Positions 38,158-48,752 of a stretch of DNA of 64,000 nt are shown here, piece after piece. Position numbers and translations under genes: made by a program. The stretch is from positions 20,433 through 84,432 of the forward strand of contig JAAZBN010000301.1 of the NCBI GenBank assembly GCA_012513795.1, read 5' to 3'. The DNA is from Bacteroidales bacterium (lineage in GTDB: Bacteria > Bacteroidota > Bacteroidia > Bacteroidales > VadinHA17). Each line of letters opens with the position of its first letter. Position 1 is the first letter of the stretch. The notes under the pieces were generated by a model. It saw nothing but the letters and a program-made list of their open reading frames with translations. It searched no databases and was not told the origin of the DNA.

Positions 38158-39378
38158 ATGAAAAAGTATCTCAAATATCTAATAATCACTTCACTAGTTG
38201 GACTGGCAGTTTCTTGTAGTCAATCAAAAAGTAAATATCAGATGGGAACTTACGGATATGATAAATTGTTTTTCGAGGCGAATAAAATAGATTTTATTGA
38301 GCTTAAGAGCGAAGACGAGACTGCAAGGCTACTTATTGTCCCTGCTTATCAGGGCAGAGTCATGACCTCTACTGCTGGTGGTGATAATGGCAAAAGCTTC
38401 GGGTGGATTAACTACAAATTTATTGAATCCGGGAAAAAGGATCCTCAGTTTAATGTATATGGAGGAGAAGAGCGTTTCTGGCTTGGACCGGAAGGTGGCC
38501 CTTATTCTATTTATTTCAAAGAGGGAGCTAGCCAGGTTTATGAAAATTGGATAGTACCGCCAATAATTGATACAGAAGCTTTTGATATATCCTCAGTTGA
38601 TAACCAAAATGTAAAGTTTATTAAGGAAGCAAGCCTGACTAATGCAAGTGGAACAGAGTTCAGAATTGGGATAGAAAGGACAGTGTCTATTTTGTCAAGA
38701 AATCTGGTCGAACAATCTCTGAACCATAACATTCCTGAGGGGATTAACATCGTTGCCTATCAGACAGATAACTTAATAACAAACCTGGGTGATGCGCCAT
38801 GGACAAAGAAGGGAGGTCTTCTTTCGATATGGCTTCTTTGTATGTTTAATCCATCACCTGAAACAACGGTTTTTCTTCCGTATAACAGTGATGCTGAAGG
38901 AGTAATCGTAAATGATGATTACTTTGGTAAAGTACCTGCAGACAGGCTTATAGTTGATAGTTCTACCGTCTATTTTAAAATTGATGGAAAGTATCGTAGC
39001 AAAATCGGGATTCCTCCTGGCAGAGCCATGGAGTTATGTGGAAGTTATGACTCGGGAAGTAAGGTATTAACCCTTTTATGGTGCAGCCTGCCAGACGAAC
39101 CAAAACCATATGTCAATTCGAAATGGGGCGAACAGGAAGATTCTTATAATGGAGATGCTATAAATTCCTATAATGACGGACCTGTCGAGGATGGGTCTAT
39201 AATGGGACCATTCTACGAAATTGAAACATCGTCGCCTGCTGCAGAGCTTTATCCAAATGAATCTATTCGTCATATTCAGAGAATAATTCATTTACAGGGA
39301 GAGGAGGCCGATCTCGCTGGTCTGGTACGCGATCTGTTCAAACTGGAATTACAGGAAATCGCAGGGAAATTTAATTAG
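38158..39378 (+). CDS. Hypothetical lipoprotein of unknown function
   Basis: Lipobox LAVSC. 406 aa and beta-rich. The motif YGGEERFWLGPEGGP is notable. I cannot assign a family from memory. Confidence 0.6.
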   Translation: MKKYLKYLIITSLVGLAVSCSQSKSKYQMGTYGYDKLFFEANKIDFIELKSEDETARLLIVPAYQGRVMTSTAGGDNGKSFGWINYKFIESGKKDPQFNVYGGEERFWLGPEGGPYSIYFKEGASQVYENWIVPPIIDTEAFDISSVDNQNVKFIKEASLTNASGTEFRIGIERTVSILSRNLVEQSLNHNIPEGINIVAYQTDNLITNLGDAPWTKKGGLLSIWLLCMFNPSPETTVFLPYNSDAEGVIVNDDYFGKVPADRLIVDSSTVYFKIDGKYRSKIGIPPGRAMELCGSYDSGSKVLTLLWCSLPDEPKPYVNSKWGEQEDSYNGDAINSYNDGPVEDGSIMGPFYEIETSSPAAELYPNESIRHIQRIIHLQGEEADLAGLVRDLFKLELQEIAGKFN

Positions 39379-39396
39379 GATTTGAATCATAGTAAC

Positions 39397-40830
39397 ATGG
39401 AAAACCATCGTTTAGTTCCAAAAGGCATTGTTTTGCCATTCATTCTGCTCTGCTCTTTATTCTTTGCCTGGGCAGTCCCCAATAATCTTACTGATACAAT
39501 GCTTGCTGCATTTAAAAGGATTATGAGTCTAAGTGATACCAAGACAGCATGGATCCAGGTGGCATGCTATTTACTTGGTTATGGCTGCTTTGCTATTCCA
39601 GGAGCCTTATTTATTAAAAAATACACTTATAAGTCCGGGGTTCTGCTCGGGCTGGGTCTATATGCATCCGGCACTTTCCTTTTCTACCCGGCCATGATAG
39701 TCTCAGGTACAAGCAATAGTGTTGGCTTTGGTCTGTTTCTTGGAGCTATTGTAATACTTTTCGCAGGCCTGTCAATTCTTGAGACCTCCGCAAACTCATA
39801 TGTATGTGCTATAGGCCCTGAATCAACAGCTACCCGTCGCCTTAATTTTGCCCAGTCTTTTAATCCCTTCGGAGCAATAACCGGCGTAGTAATAAGTCAG
39901 GTGTTTATTCTTTCCCAGCTCAGTACCATGTCCGCTGAAGCCAGGGCCGTACTTCCTGTGGAAGAATTAGGAAGAATACAGGAAAGGGAACTGGGAGTTC
40001 TGACTTACACGTATATGACAATAGGCCTGATAATGGTAGGATTATTTCTGGCGATTTATTTTACCCGTATGCCAAAACTGAAAGAGGATGATAAAAGCCT
40101 AGACTTTAAAGGGACATGGCACAGACTGAGAAAGAACAAAAACTATATCTGGGGAGTGGTGGCACAGTTCTTTTATGTGGGAGCACAGATTGCTGTCTGG
40201 TCATTTATTATCAGGTATGTAATGCAGCAGTTGAAATTTGATGCTGTAATTGCTCAATTAGGTCCGGAAGCAACCACACAGAGTATTATTTCTGCTCTTC
40301 GACATGTTGAACCTGTTGCTGCCGGATTCTATTCTTTTGTAGATGGAATTGGATTGGATGCACTGTTGCCAAGAACAGCTGAACAGGCAGGTGCGACTTA
40401 TTACATAATGTCTCTTATTCTGTTTGTTGCAGGCCGTTTTGTATGCACAGCCCTGATGAAGTTCATTAAACCCAGATATCTCCTGGCCATTCTTTCGGCT
40501 CTGGCAGTTGTATTGTGCCTGGTAACTATATATGGAAGGGGCTTCATCGGTGTCTATTCACTTATGGGTATTTCAGCTTGTATGTCCTTAATGTTCCCGA
40601 CAATATATGGGCTTGGTATTGAAGGGCTGGGAGAGGACACAAAATTAGGTGGATCAGGGATGATAATGGCAATTGCCGGGGCTGCCGTACTAACCCAAAT
40701 CCAGGGAATTGTATCTGATCAATCGGGGAGTATTGTCTACTCATACTGGGTACCAGCGATAGCATTTATGGTTATACTTTTTTATGCTGCTGTTATTTCC
40801 CGTAAACATGAAGTTCTTAAAGAATCTTAA
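39397..40830 (+). CDS. fucP: L-fucose:H+ symporter-type MFS permease
   Basis: I prefer ATG 39397. 12-TM MFS. The N-terminal FFAWAVPNNLTDTMLAAFKRIMSLSD resembles the FucP signature region. It lies in a fucI context. Confidence 0.8.
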   Translation: MENHRLVPKGIVLPFILLCSLFFAWAVPNNLTDTMLAAFKRIMSLSDTKTAWIQVACYLLGYGCFAIPGALFIKKYTYKSGVLLGLGLYASGTFLFYPAMIVSGTSNSVGFGLFLGAIVILFAGLSILETSANSYVCAIGPESTATRRLNFAQSFNPFGAITGVVISQVFILSQLSTMSAEARAVLPVEELGRIQERELGVLTYTYMTIGLIMVGLFLAIYFTRMPKLKEDDKSLDFKGTWHRLRKNKNYIWGVVAQFFYVGAQIAVWSFIIRYVMQQLKFDAVIAQLGPEATTQSIISALRHVEPVAAGFYSFVDGIGLDALLPRTAEQAGATYYIMSLILFVAGRFVCTALMKFIKPRYLLAILSALAVVLCLVTIYGRGFIGVYSLMGISACMSLMFPTIYGLGIEGLGEDTKLGGSGMIMAIAGAAVLTQIQGIVSDQSGSIVYSYWVPAIAFMVILFYAAVISRKHEVLKES

Positions 40831-40869
40831 ATTATGTACCATCTATATTAACTAACTAAAACCAGAAAA

Positions 40870-43800
40870 ATGGAGCTTTTAAGAAAGATTGCCTTAAAAA
40901 TTTGCCTGGTCCTTGTACTGGCGGTAATCCCAGCAACATTCTCTCTTGCAGAAATAATGGCTCAACAGTCATATATTGTAAGAGGCAAGGTATCAGACGT
41001 ATCCAACGAACCTATTGCGAGTGTCACGGTTCAGGTAAAAGGAACTTCAATCGGGACTTTTACAAACAATGATGGAAATTATACCATCGAAATCCGGGAC
41101 ACTCCTGAACCAGTGCTTGTATTCTCGTTTGTAGGGATGAAGACTGTCGAAGAACCCGTTAATGGGAGATCTGTAGTTGACATTACGATGGATGAGGATC
41201 TTATCGGACTTGCAGAAGTAGTAATGGTAGGGTACGCTACAACTAAAAAAGCAGATATTGTGGGTGCTGTATCATCGGTAAGGACAGATGAGATTGCCAG
41301 TAAACCGGTCGGAAGCCTTACTCAATCCCTTACCGGAACAATACCAGGGCTTATTGTACGCGACGAAGGCGGGGTGCCCGGTAGTACAGCAGGAACATTT
41401 CAAATAAGACGCCTTGGATCGCCATTGGTTATCGTTGACGGCATGGAGCAATCATTCAGCTATATGGACCCGAATGAGATAGAAAGCATTACTGTTCTTA
41501 AGGATGCTTCTGCCGCAATATATGGTGCAAGGGCCGGTAATGGAGTTATACTTGTTACCACCAGAAGAGGTTCGGAAAAGAAACAGGAATTCAATGTTTC
41601 TGCCACTCAGACTATGTCCAGGCCCACCGTCTTCCCTGAGCTGGCTGATGCAGCAACTTATGCAATTCTAAAGAATGAAGGCAACCTGAGCGCCGGACTT
41701 GCACCCAGGTATACTGAGGAAGAAATAGAAAAGTTCAGAGACGGATCTGATCCGATGTATCCAAACACTGATATGTGGAGTGAAACATTCAAAAAGTGGG
41801 CTTTGATGACCGATCTGAATATCAACTCATCCGGAGGGAATAAGGTGGCTAACTACTTTGTTTCAGCCGGTGTAAAAGACCAGGGGACATCATTAAGAAG
41901 CGGCTCCATAACTTTCAGGCGGATTAGTTTAAGATCCAACCTTGACGTTAACATAACTAAACGACTTAAAGCGACCCTTGATTTGAGCGGCAGGTTTGAA
42001 GACAGAAATGAACCGGGACTTGATTTTGCTCAATTAATGACAGGGATGTACATGTCATTGCCGGTTTATCCGGTTAAATATCCTGATAAGTCAATTGTAC
42101 CCTATACCGGGTTAAATGCTTATAATCCTTATTATGCTTCTCAAACTGAATTCAGCGGGTATAATGCCGATAAATTTAAGATGTTTCGCGGAACTTTTGG
42201 CCTGAATTATAATTTCAATGATTTTATCAAGGGGTTATCTGCCGACTTCCGGTTTGATTACAAAATATATGATACTTTCCGGAAGACGTTTAAGAAACCA
42301 TTTACCACTTATTATTATAGCTATGACTATGACACCCAGGAGTATTCTTACCAACCGTCTTCAATTGTCTTTAATGGCGGAAAAACAACATTGAATGAAT
42401 CTTATAGCCGGGACTGGGACTGGCTGCTCAATTATAAGCTGCTGTATCAAAGAGACTTTGGAAGGCACAACGTGGGAGCATTGGTGCTTTACGAAGCTTT
42501 ATCAGGCAGACATGATGTTTTCACAGCTTATCGTGAAGGATTTATTTCTCCGGTCATCGATCAGATTTTTGCCGGATCTGATATCGGTAAGGATAACAGC
42601 GGTTCAGCCAGTGAGTCAGGAAGACATTCTGTGGTTGGCAGGTTTAATTATTCTTATGCAGAAAAGTACCTGGCAGAATTTATTTTCAGATACGATGCAT
42701 CCCCTAAGTTTGCTGAAGACTACAGGTGGGGATTCTTCCCCGGAGTTTCTATCGGCTGGAGAATAAGTGAAGAAGAATTTATTAAAAGCTCTTTGCCTGT
42801 AATCAGCAACCTTAAGTTAAAGGCCTCTTATGGACAAACCGGGCTTGAGGGAAGTGTTAATTTCAATTACCTTTCAGGTTATGAATTCACCGGTAACTAT
42901 ATTTTTGATGCGGGCAATACCTTAGCACCGGGCCTAGCAACTACCGGGCTGGCTAATGAGGCTGCCACATGGGCAACATCGACTATTTATAATGCCGGAC
43001 TCGAGGGCAGCCTGTTCAAGGATAAACTATTCTTCGAGGTCAATGGATTTTATAATATAAGGGAGGGAATTCTCGCTACCAGACAGGCTGCGATACCTAA
43101 TACTTTTGGCGCTAGATTGCCGGAAGAGAATTTAAATAGTTTTGATACCCGGGGCTTTGAAGTTGAATTGGGTTACCGTAACGTAATCGGTAAACTATTC
43201 TACACAATTACAGGTAATGCATCGTGGGCAAGATCAAAATGGCTACACTATGAGGAACCGGACTATTCAACCCCAGAAGAACAATACAGGTATCAACGTA
43301 CAGGCAACTGGACAAATCTGACCTATGGCCTGCTTACTGACGGTTTATTCTCATCACAGGAGGAAATTGACGGTTGGGCTGATATTACCAATGGAGCAAA
43401 CAACAATGTGATAATGGTCGGTGATATTAGGTTTTTGGATCTCAATGATGACGGAGTAATTGACTGGAGAGATGAAAGGGTGATTGGGAAAAATGAACTT
43501 CCGGAAGCAAACTTCAGTCTCAATATCAACTTAGCCTACAGGGGCTTTGAATTAAATACGTTATTAACTGGAGCTGCTGGCTTTAGCAAGTATTACGGAG
43601 GACAGACCGTGGTACCATTTGGAACTGATCTGAGGTGTTTTGCATTCTGGGAAGATGCCTGGACAACTACCAATCCAAATCCGAATGCACCATATCCAAG
43701 AATTAGAAACGGAGCCGAGAATTCACATCCCAACACAAGTAATTCATCTGATTTCTGGACAATCGGGAATGCATGGTTTACCAGATTGAAGAATGTTCAG

Positions 43801-43983
43801 CTGGCATATAATTTTGGACGAATAAACAAATTGAACGTTCAAAATATGCGAGTCTATGTACAAGCATATAACTATGGATTACTTACAAACGTAAGGAACC
43901 TGGACCCCGAGAATCTGGCAACTGCAGCACGCTATTATCCTCAGCAAAAGTCCCTTAGCTTTGGGATTGATGTAAAATTCTAA
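40870..43983 (+). CDS. SusC/RagA-family TonB-dependent outer membrane transporter (PUL-2)
   Basis: 1037 aa. VRGKVSDVSNEPIASVTVQVKGTSIGTFTNNDGNYTI. VVMVGYATTKKADIVGAV. Terminal aromatic residue (...GIDVKF). Confidence 0.93.
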   Translation: MELLRKIALKICLVLVLAVIPATFSLAEIMAQQSYIVRGKVSDVSNEPIASVTVQVKGTSIGTFTNNDGNYTIEIRDTPEPVLVFSFVGMKTVEEPVNGRSVVDITMDEDLIGLAEVVMVGYATTKKADIVGAVSSVRTDEIASKPVGSLTQSLTGTIPGLIVRDEGGVPGSTAGTFQIRRLGSPLVIVDGMEQSFSYMDPNEIESITVLKDASAAIYGARAGNGVILVTTRRGSEKKQEFNVSATQTMSRPTVFPELADAATYAILKNEGNLSAGLAPRYTEEEIEKFRDGSDPMYPNTDMWSETFKKWALMTDLNINSSGGNKVANYFVSAGVKDQGTSLRSGSITFRRISLRSNLDVNITKRLKATLDLSGRFEDRNEPGLDFAQLMTGMYMSLPVYPVKYPDKSIVPYTGLNAYNPYYASQTEFSGYNADKFKMFRGTFGLNYNFNDFIKGLSADFRFDYKIYDTFRKTFKKPFTTYYYSYDYDTQEYSYQPSSIVFNGGKTTLNESYSRDWDWLLNYKLLYQRDFGRHNVGALVLYEALSGRHDVFTAYREGFISPVIDQIFAGSDIGKDNSGSASESGRHSVVGRFNYSYAEKYLAEFIFRYDASPKFAEDYRWGFFPGVSIGWRISEEEFIKSSLPVISNLKLKASYGQTGLEGSVNFNYLSGYEFTGNYIFDAGNTLAPGLATTGLANEAATWATSTIYNAGLEGSLFKDKLFFEVNGFYNIREGILATRQAAIPNTFGARLPEENLNSFDTRGFEVELGYRNVIGKLFYTITGNASWARSKWLHYEEPDYSTPEEQYRYQRTGNWTNLTYGLLTDGLFSSQEEIDGWADITNGANNNVIMVGDIRFLDLNDDGVIDWRDERVIGKNELPEANFSLNINLAYRGFELNTLLTGAAGFSKYYGGQTVVPFGTDLRCFAFWEDAWTTTNPNPNAPYPRIRNGAENSHPNTSNSSDFWTIGNAWFTRLKNVQLAYNFGRINKLNVQNMRVYVQAYNYGLLTNVRNLDPENLATAARYYPQQKSLSFGIDVKF

Positions 43984-43994
43984 TAACGCGAAAT

Positions 43995-45719
43995 ATGAAA
44001 AAGATAATAATATTATGCATAGTATTAGTTTCCATTGCCTGTGAAAAGGTCGTGGACAAGCAACCTTTGGATATGATATCAGACTCCCAGGTCTGGGATG
44101 ATCAGGCTTTGGTTGATGCCCATCTGAACTATCTATACAATGCGACCCCTGTCTATGTTCCATGGGAATATCAGCAGCATGCACCTCTCGTCACTTTGAC
44201 TGATGAAGCACGTACATGTATCGGGTGGTCGGATGTATTGGTGACATTCACTCTCGGTATACTTAATCCGGCAAATTGCGATGATAACAATTATCTGTCC
44301 AGCTGGCCGTACGAAAGAATAAGAGAATATAATGATTTCCTTCAGAAAATTGAAACCGGGAATGTTTCAGATGAATTCAAGCAAAAAAGAGTTGCTGAAG
44401 TAAGATTTCTAAGAGCCTGGGTATATTTCAATATGGCAATTCGATATGGCGGAGTCCCTCTTATCACTGAACCCCAGGAGCTTGATGATGATCTCTATGT
44501 TTTTAGAAACAAGGAAGATGAGATTTACGAATTCGTCAGAACAGAACTGGACGAAATTATCGACATTCTGCCAGCCTCAAACCCTGCCGCTGACCAATGG
44601 AGAGTTAATAAGTATGTGGCTCTGGCATTAAAGAGCCGCGCCATGCTGCATGCTGCTTCAATTGCAAAGTATGGTGAGGTTAAACTTGACGGTATAGTAG
44701 GTGTTCCGTCGTCAAAAGCACAATTTTATTTCCAGGAATCTTATGATGCTTCCAAGGCAATCCTGGAGTCTGGTCCTTATGCATTGTACAGGAAATATAC
44801 AGATAAGGTTAAGAACTATCAGTATTTATTTCTCGAAGAAAACAATAATGAGATTATATTCTGCAAAAAGTACGTTGAGTTTGATAAAGGACACAGCCTC
44901 GATACTGACTGGCAACCCATTTTGTACAAAGCAACCATTGCATCGATTGTTAACCCTACAATTGAAATGGTAGACGAATATGAATTTATCGATGGAACCC
45001 CCGGATCTGCAATTAATTACAATCAGGAAATTCATACAGGAGTCCTGTACAGGAATAAAGAACCGAGGTTTCACGCTACAATTTTATTTAACCGTGCTTT
45101 CTGGGTAGATGACACTATATCTACTCATTACTTTACTGTTCAGAACAGTCTTGCCGATCCGAGGAAAAACACTGCAGCCTTCAGAGGTAAACACGTCAAT
45201 GACAGGGAAGCAGGTGCCACCCAGACAGGGTTTCTTATTAAAAAATTTCTTAATGAAAGACGCGGCATGGTACCAGGAGACTCAGGTCAGGATTTCATTA
45301 TTTTCAGGCTTGGAGAGATTTATCTCAACCTTGCAGAGGCTGCCTTCCAGCTAGGTGGAGCAGAAAAGGAGCTTGAGGCTTTAAATGCTTTGAATGAAAT
45401 ACGTGACCGTGGTGGTGTTCCTGACAGGACTGAAATTACAATGGATCATATCAAGCATGAAAGAAAAATTGAGCTGGCTTTTGAGGGATTCAGGATGTGG
45501 GATGCCAGAAGATGGAGAGATGCAGTGACCGAATTCTCAGGAGTATTTCATAAGATGACTGCTTACTACATTACCAGCAAGGCAACTTATGGTTATATAA
45601 TTGAGAACTGTCAGGGGAGCGCTGTACGGGTTTTCCAGGAGGCTCATTATTACAATCCGATTGCACAGGAGAGGATCTTTGAAAATCCAAATCTTGTTCA
45701 GAATCCGGGCTATAATTAG
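43995..45719 (+). CDS. SusD/RagB-family surface glycan-binding lipoprotein (PUL-2)
   Basis: Lipobox SIAC. RFLRAWVYFNMAIRYGGVPL and IFRLGEIYLNLAEA. Confidence 0.93.
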   Translation: MKKIIILCIVLVSIACEKVVDKQPLDMISDSQVWDDQALVDAHLNYLYNATPVYVPWEYQQHAPLVTLTDEARTCIGWSDVLVTFTLGILNPANCDDNNYLSSWPYERIREYNDFLQKIETGNVSDEFKQKRVAEVRFLRAWVYFNMAIRYGGVPLITEPQELDDDLYVFRNKEDEIYEFVRTELDEIIDILPASNPAADQWRVNKYVALALKSRAMLHAASIAKYGEVKLDGIVGVPSSKAQFYFQESYDASKAILESGPYALYRKYTDKVKNYQYLFLEENNNEIIFCKKYVEFDKGHSLDTDWQPILYKATIASIVNPTIEMVDEYEFIDGTPGSAINYNQEIHTGVLYRNKEPRFHATILFNRAFWVDDTISTHYFTVQNSLADPRKNTAAFRGKHVNDREAGATQTGFLIKKFLNERRGMVPGDSGQDFIIFRLGEIYLNLAEAAFQLGGAEKELEALNALNEIRDRGGVPDRTEITMDHIKHERKIELAFEGFRMWDARRWRDAVTEFSGVFHKMTAYYITSKATYGYIIENCQGSAVRVFQEAHYYNPIAQERIFENPNLVQNPGYN

Positions 45720-45737
45720 CATGGTTAGTTTAGGGTC

Positions 45738-45775
45738 ATATATCGCCGGGGGGCTCAGGCTCCCTGGTGATATAT
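45738..45775 (+). terminator. 14-bp stem-loop directly after susD (candidate terminator/attenuator or mRNA-stability hairpin)
   Basis: ATATATCGCCGGGG (45738-45751) pairs with CCCTGGTGATATAT (45762-45775). The two non-Watson-Crick positions are G.U in RNA. The loop is 10 nt. Only a short T-run follows. Confidence 0.4.
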
Positions 45776-45830
45776 TTGAAACTGCCTGAATTAAGCGCCT
45801 GATTATTAAAAAAATATAAAAGACAGACAA

Positions 45831-47195
45831 ATGTTCAGACGGATTTTCTTTCTTTTCATCAGCTCTTTTTTAACCATGATCATTCATGGCAGAGATAAGA
45901 AAGACCTGCCAAATTTTATAATCATATTATGTGATGATCTTGGTTACGGGGACATCGGTGTTTATGGACATCCCACAATTCGGACGTCAAACATAGACAG
46001 GCTTGCTGAAGAAGGGCAGAAGTGGACGTCATTCTATACTGCTGCCAGTGTTTCTTCGCCCAGCAGAGCCGGACTTATTACAGGCAGACTCCCTGTCAGG
46101 TATGGCATGTGTCACGATTCGATAAGGGTCCTGACGCCAAATTCCTCAGGTGGGTTGCCACAGAGTGAGATAACCATTGCCGAACAACTAAAGAAAGGTG
46201 GTTATACAACTGCCTGCATCGGCAAATGGCATTTAGGTCATTTACGTCAGTTCCTGCCGCTAAATAACGGGTTTGATTACTTCTACGGACTACCATATTC
46301 TAATGGCGGAATGACCAGAAAGGTTGTCAATGGAAAAGCAGTTTACGATGTTCCCTTGATAAGAGGAAATGACGAGATTGAAAGGCCTGTTGATCAGTCA
46401 ACTCTGACAAAAAGATATACAGAGGAGGCATTGAAATTCATAAAACAGAACAGTGACAAACACTTTTTCCTTTACCTGGCACACACAATGCCTCATGTTC
46501 CGCTCTCAAGGTCAGAGGATTTTGCAGATGTCAGCCTGAGAGGCCTGTATGGTGATGCAGTAGAAGAGATAGATTGGAGCGTTGGCGAGATAATCAAAGA
46601 GCTGAAGGAACTCGGCATTGACAAGAACACTCTGGTTGTCTTTACTTCCGATAATGGCCCGTGGGTAACACAGAAACTAAATGGCGGCTCGGCTGGTATA
46701 TTATCAGGTGAAAAGGGGAACACCTTTGAAGGAGGCCTCAGAGTGCCTGCCCTCTTTTGGTGGCCTGGCACAATAAGACCGGATGTGATCATGAATGCCG
46801 CCACTACAATGGATCTTTTTCCCACTTTTTCAGCATTGGCCGGAATACCGATGCCTAAAGACAAGATTTACGACGGATATGACCTTTCAAAGGTTATTGA
46901 CGGAACGGGCAGTTCAGAAAGAGACGTTGTTTTTTATTACAGGGGGACCAGGGTATTCGCCGTCAGGAAAGGAGAGTTCAAGGCTCATTTCATAACTAAA
47001 ACAGCCTATGGCGTAATGGACGAGAGGGTGCTCGATCAGCCATTATTGTTTAACCTTAATCATGATCCGGCGGAGCAGTTTAATCTGGCGAAAGAGTATC
47101 CGGAGATCATCAGTGAAATCAGAAATGTCCTCCGGGAACATTTAAACACCCTTACAGAAGTTGAGAATCAACATGAAAAGATCATTCGCAAGTAA
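45831..47195 (+). CDS. S1-family sulfatase, Ser-type (arylsulfatase-A-like size class)
   Basis: PNFIIILCDDLGYGD. Motif SSPSRAGLITGRLP. Also GKWHLGH and TSDNGP. Confidence 0.9.
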   Translation: MFRRIFFLFISSFLTMIIHGRDKKDLPNFIIILCDDLGYGDIGVYGHPTIRTSNIDRLAEEGQKWTSFYTAASVSSPSRAGLITGRLPVRYGMCHDSIRVLTPNSSGGLPQSEITIAEQLKKGGYTTACIGKWHLGHLRQFLPLNNGFDYFYGLPYSNGGMTRKVVNGKAVYDVPLIRGNDEIERPVDQSTLTKRYTEEALKFIKQNSDKHFFLYLAHTMPHVPLSRSEDFADVSLRGLYGDAVEEIDWSVGEIIKELKELGIDKNTLVVFTSDNGPWVTQKLNGGSAGILSGEKGNTFEGGLRVPALFWWPGTIRPDVIMNAATTMDLFPTFSALAGIPMPKDKIYDGYDLSKVIDGTGSSERDVVFYYRGTRVFAVRKGEFKAHFITKTAYGVMDERVLDQPLLFNLNHDPAEQFNLAKEYPEIISEIRNVLREHLNTLTEVENQHEKIIRK

Positions 47196-47228
47196 TCGTT
47201 AAGGCAGAAACCAAGAAAAATTACAGCT

Positions 47229-48710
47229 ATGAAATATGAAGCTTTAGCAAAATACGCCGCAACTGCGGCGATACTGGCCACAGGATCTCAGGTCTCAGCA
47301 GAAGTACCTAAGAATAACAAGCAGGAGAATCCCAATATCATTTTAATCTTTATTGATGATGAAGGATATGGAGATGTGGGCAGTTTCGGAGCCACGGGGT
47401 TTTCAACACCAAACCTTGATCAATTGGCAAGTCAGGGTATGCGTTTCACAAATTTCTACAGCGGGAGTGCCGTTTCAAGCCCTTCGCGTGCAGCACTGCT
47501 GACAGGCTGCTATCCACCCAGAGTTGGGATTACAAAGGTTTTATTCCCATCAGATGACATTGGAATTAACTCCGGTGAGACCACCATGGCGGAGATTCTG
47601 AAATCTAAGGGGTATCGTACAGCTGCCGTTGGTAAATGGCATCTTGGCTGCCTTCCGGAATTTCTTCCGCTTCAACATGGCTTTGATGAATACTTCGGAT
47701 TGCCTTATTCCAATGATATGTGGCCTGTTCACTACAATGGCTTACCTGTTTCTAAGGATAACTATGGCAAAGGATGGAAACTAACCTGCCCACCTCTGCC
47801 ACTCTATGATGGGAATAAAAAAATTGAGGAGATACAAACTCTTGGAGATATGGATCAGATTACCACCAGGTATACTGAACGGGCGGTTGATTTTATTAAA
47901 AGAAACCATAAAAATCCATTCTTTCTCTATTTGCCACATACAATGGCACATGTGCCACTTGGCGTCTCTGATAAATTCAGAGGTAAAAGTGAACAGGGTT
48001 TTTATGGTGATGTTATGATGGAGTTGGACTGGTCTGTCGGTGAAATAATGAAGGTCCTGACAAAGTACGGCCTTGAGGATAACACTCTTATAATCTATAC
48101 TACAGACAATGGCCCATGGCTTAATTATGGAAATCATGGCGGGTCAGCTGGCGGACTCCGCGAAGGTAAAGGAAGTCCATTCGAAGGTGGGTTCCGAGTT
48201 CCGTGCATAGTTAAATGGCCGGCAGTAATTCCGGCGGGCACTGTTTGTAACAGTATGGTAGGTTCAATCGACATGTTACCAACCATTGCCGAAATTATAA
48301 AGGCCGACCTGCCGGAATCAAAGATCGATGGGATAAGTGTACTATCATTGTTCAAAGGAGATTTTGAATCAAATCCGAGAGAGGAATATTTCTATTATTC
48401 GGGCCGTAACCTGACAGCTGTACGAATGGGTAATTGGAAGTACATCTATCCAAACAAGTATGGTTCAAATGTCGGATCTACAGTTGGCAAGGATGGATGG
48501 CCAGGTATTATGGCCGAAATGGATTTTGAGGGAGGCCTCTATGATCTGCGACGTGACCCGGGAGAAAGGTATGATCTGAAGGATCTGCACCCGGAAATCG
48601 TAGAGAAACTTAAGACATTGGCAGATAATAAAAGAAAGGAACTCGGAGACCTGAGATTCAGGATTGAAGGTACAGAAAACCGGGCGCCTGGCATGGTAAC
48701 ACTCAAATAA
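47229..48710 (+). CDS. S1-family sulfatase, Ser-type (paralogue of 45831)
   Basis: PNIILIFIDDEGYGD. Motif SSPSRAALLTGCYP. Also GKWHLGC and TTDNGP. It shares LPL..GFD.(Y/F)(Y/F)GLPYSN with the upstream gene. Confidence 0.9.
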   Translation: MKYEALAKYAATAAILATGSQVSAEVPKNNKQENPNIILIFIDDEGYGDVGSFGATGFSTPNLDQLASQGMRFTNFYSGSAVSSPSRAALLTGCYPPRVGITKVLFPSDDIGINSGETTMAEILKSKGYRTAAVGKWHLGCLPEFLPLQHGFDEYFGLPYSNDMWPVHYNGLPVSKDNYGKGWKLTCPPLPLYDGNKKIEEIQTLGDMDQITTRYTERAVDFIKRNHKNPFFLYLPHTMAHVPLGVSDKFRGKSEQGFYGDVMMELDWSVGEIMKVLTKYGLEDNTLIIYTTDNGPWLNYGNHGGSAGGLREGKGSPFEGGFRVPCIVKWPAVIPAGTVCNSMVGSIDMLPTIAEIIKADLPESKIDGISVLSLFKGDFESNPREEYFYYSGRNLTAVRMGNWKYIYPNKYGSNVGSTVGKDGWPGIMAEMDFEGGLYDLRRDPGERYDLKDLHPEIVEKLKTLADNKRKELGDLRFRIEGTENRAPGMVTLK

Positions 48711-48752
48711 ATTTACCACTTAGACCAGTTAAACCTATTAACTAACATATTT

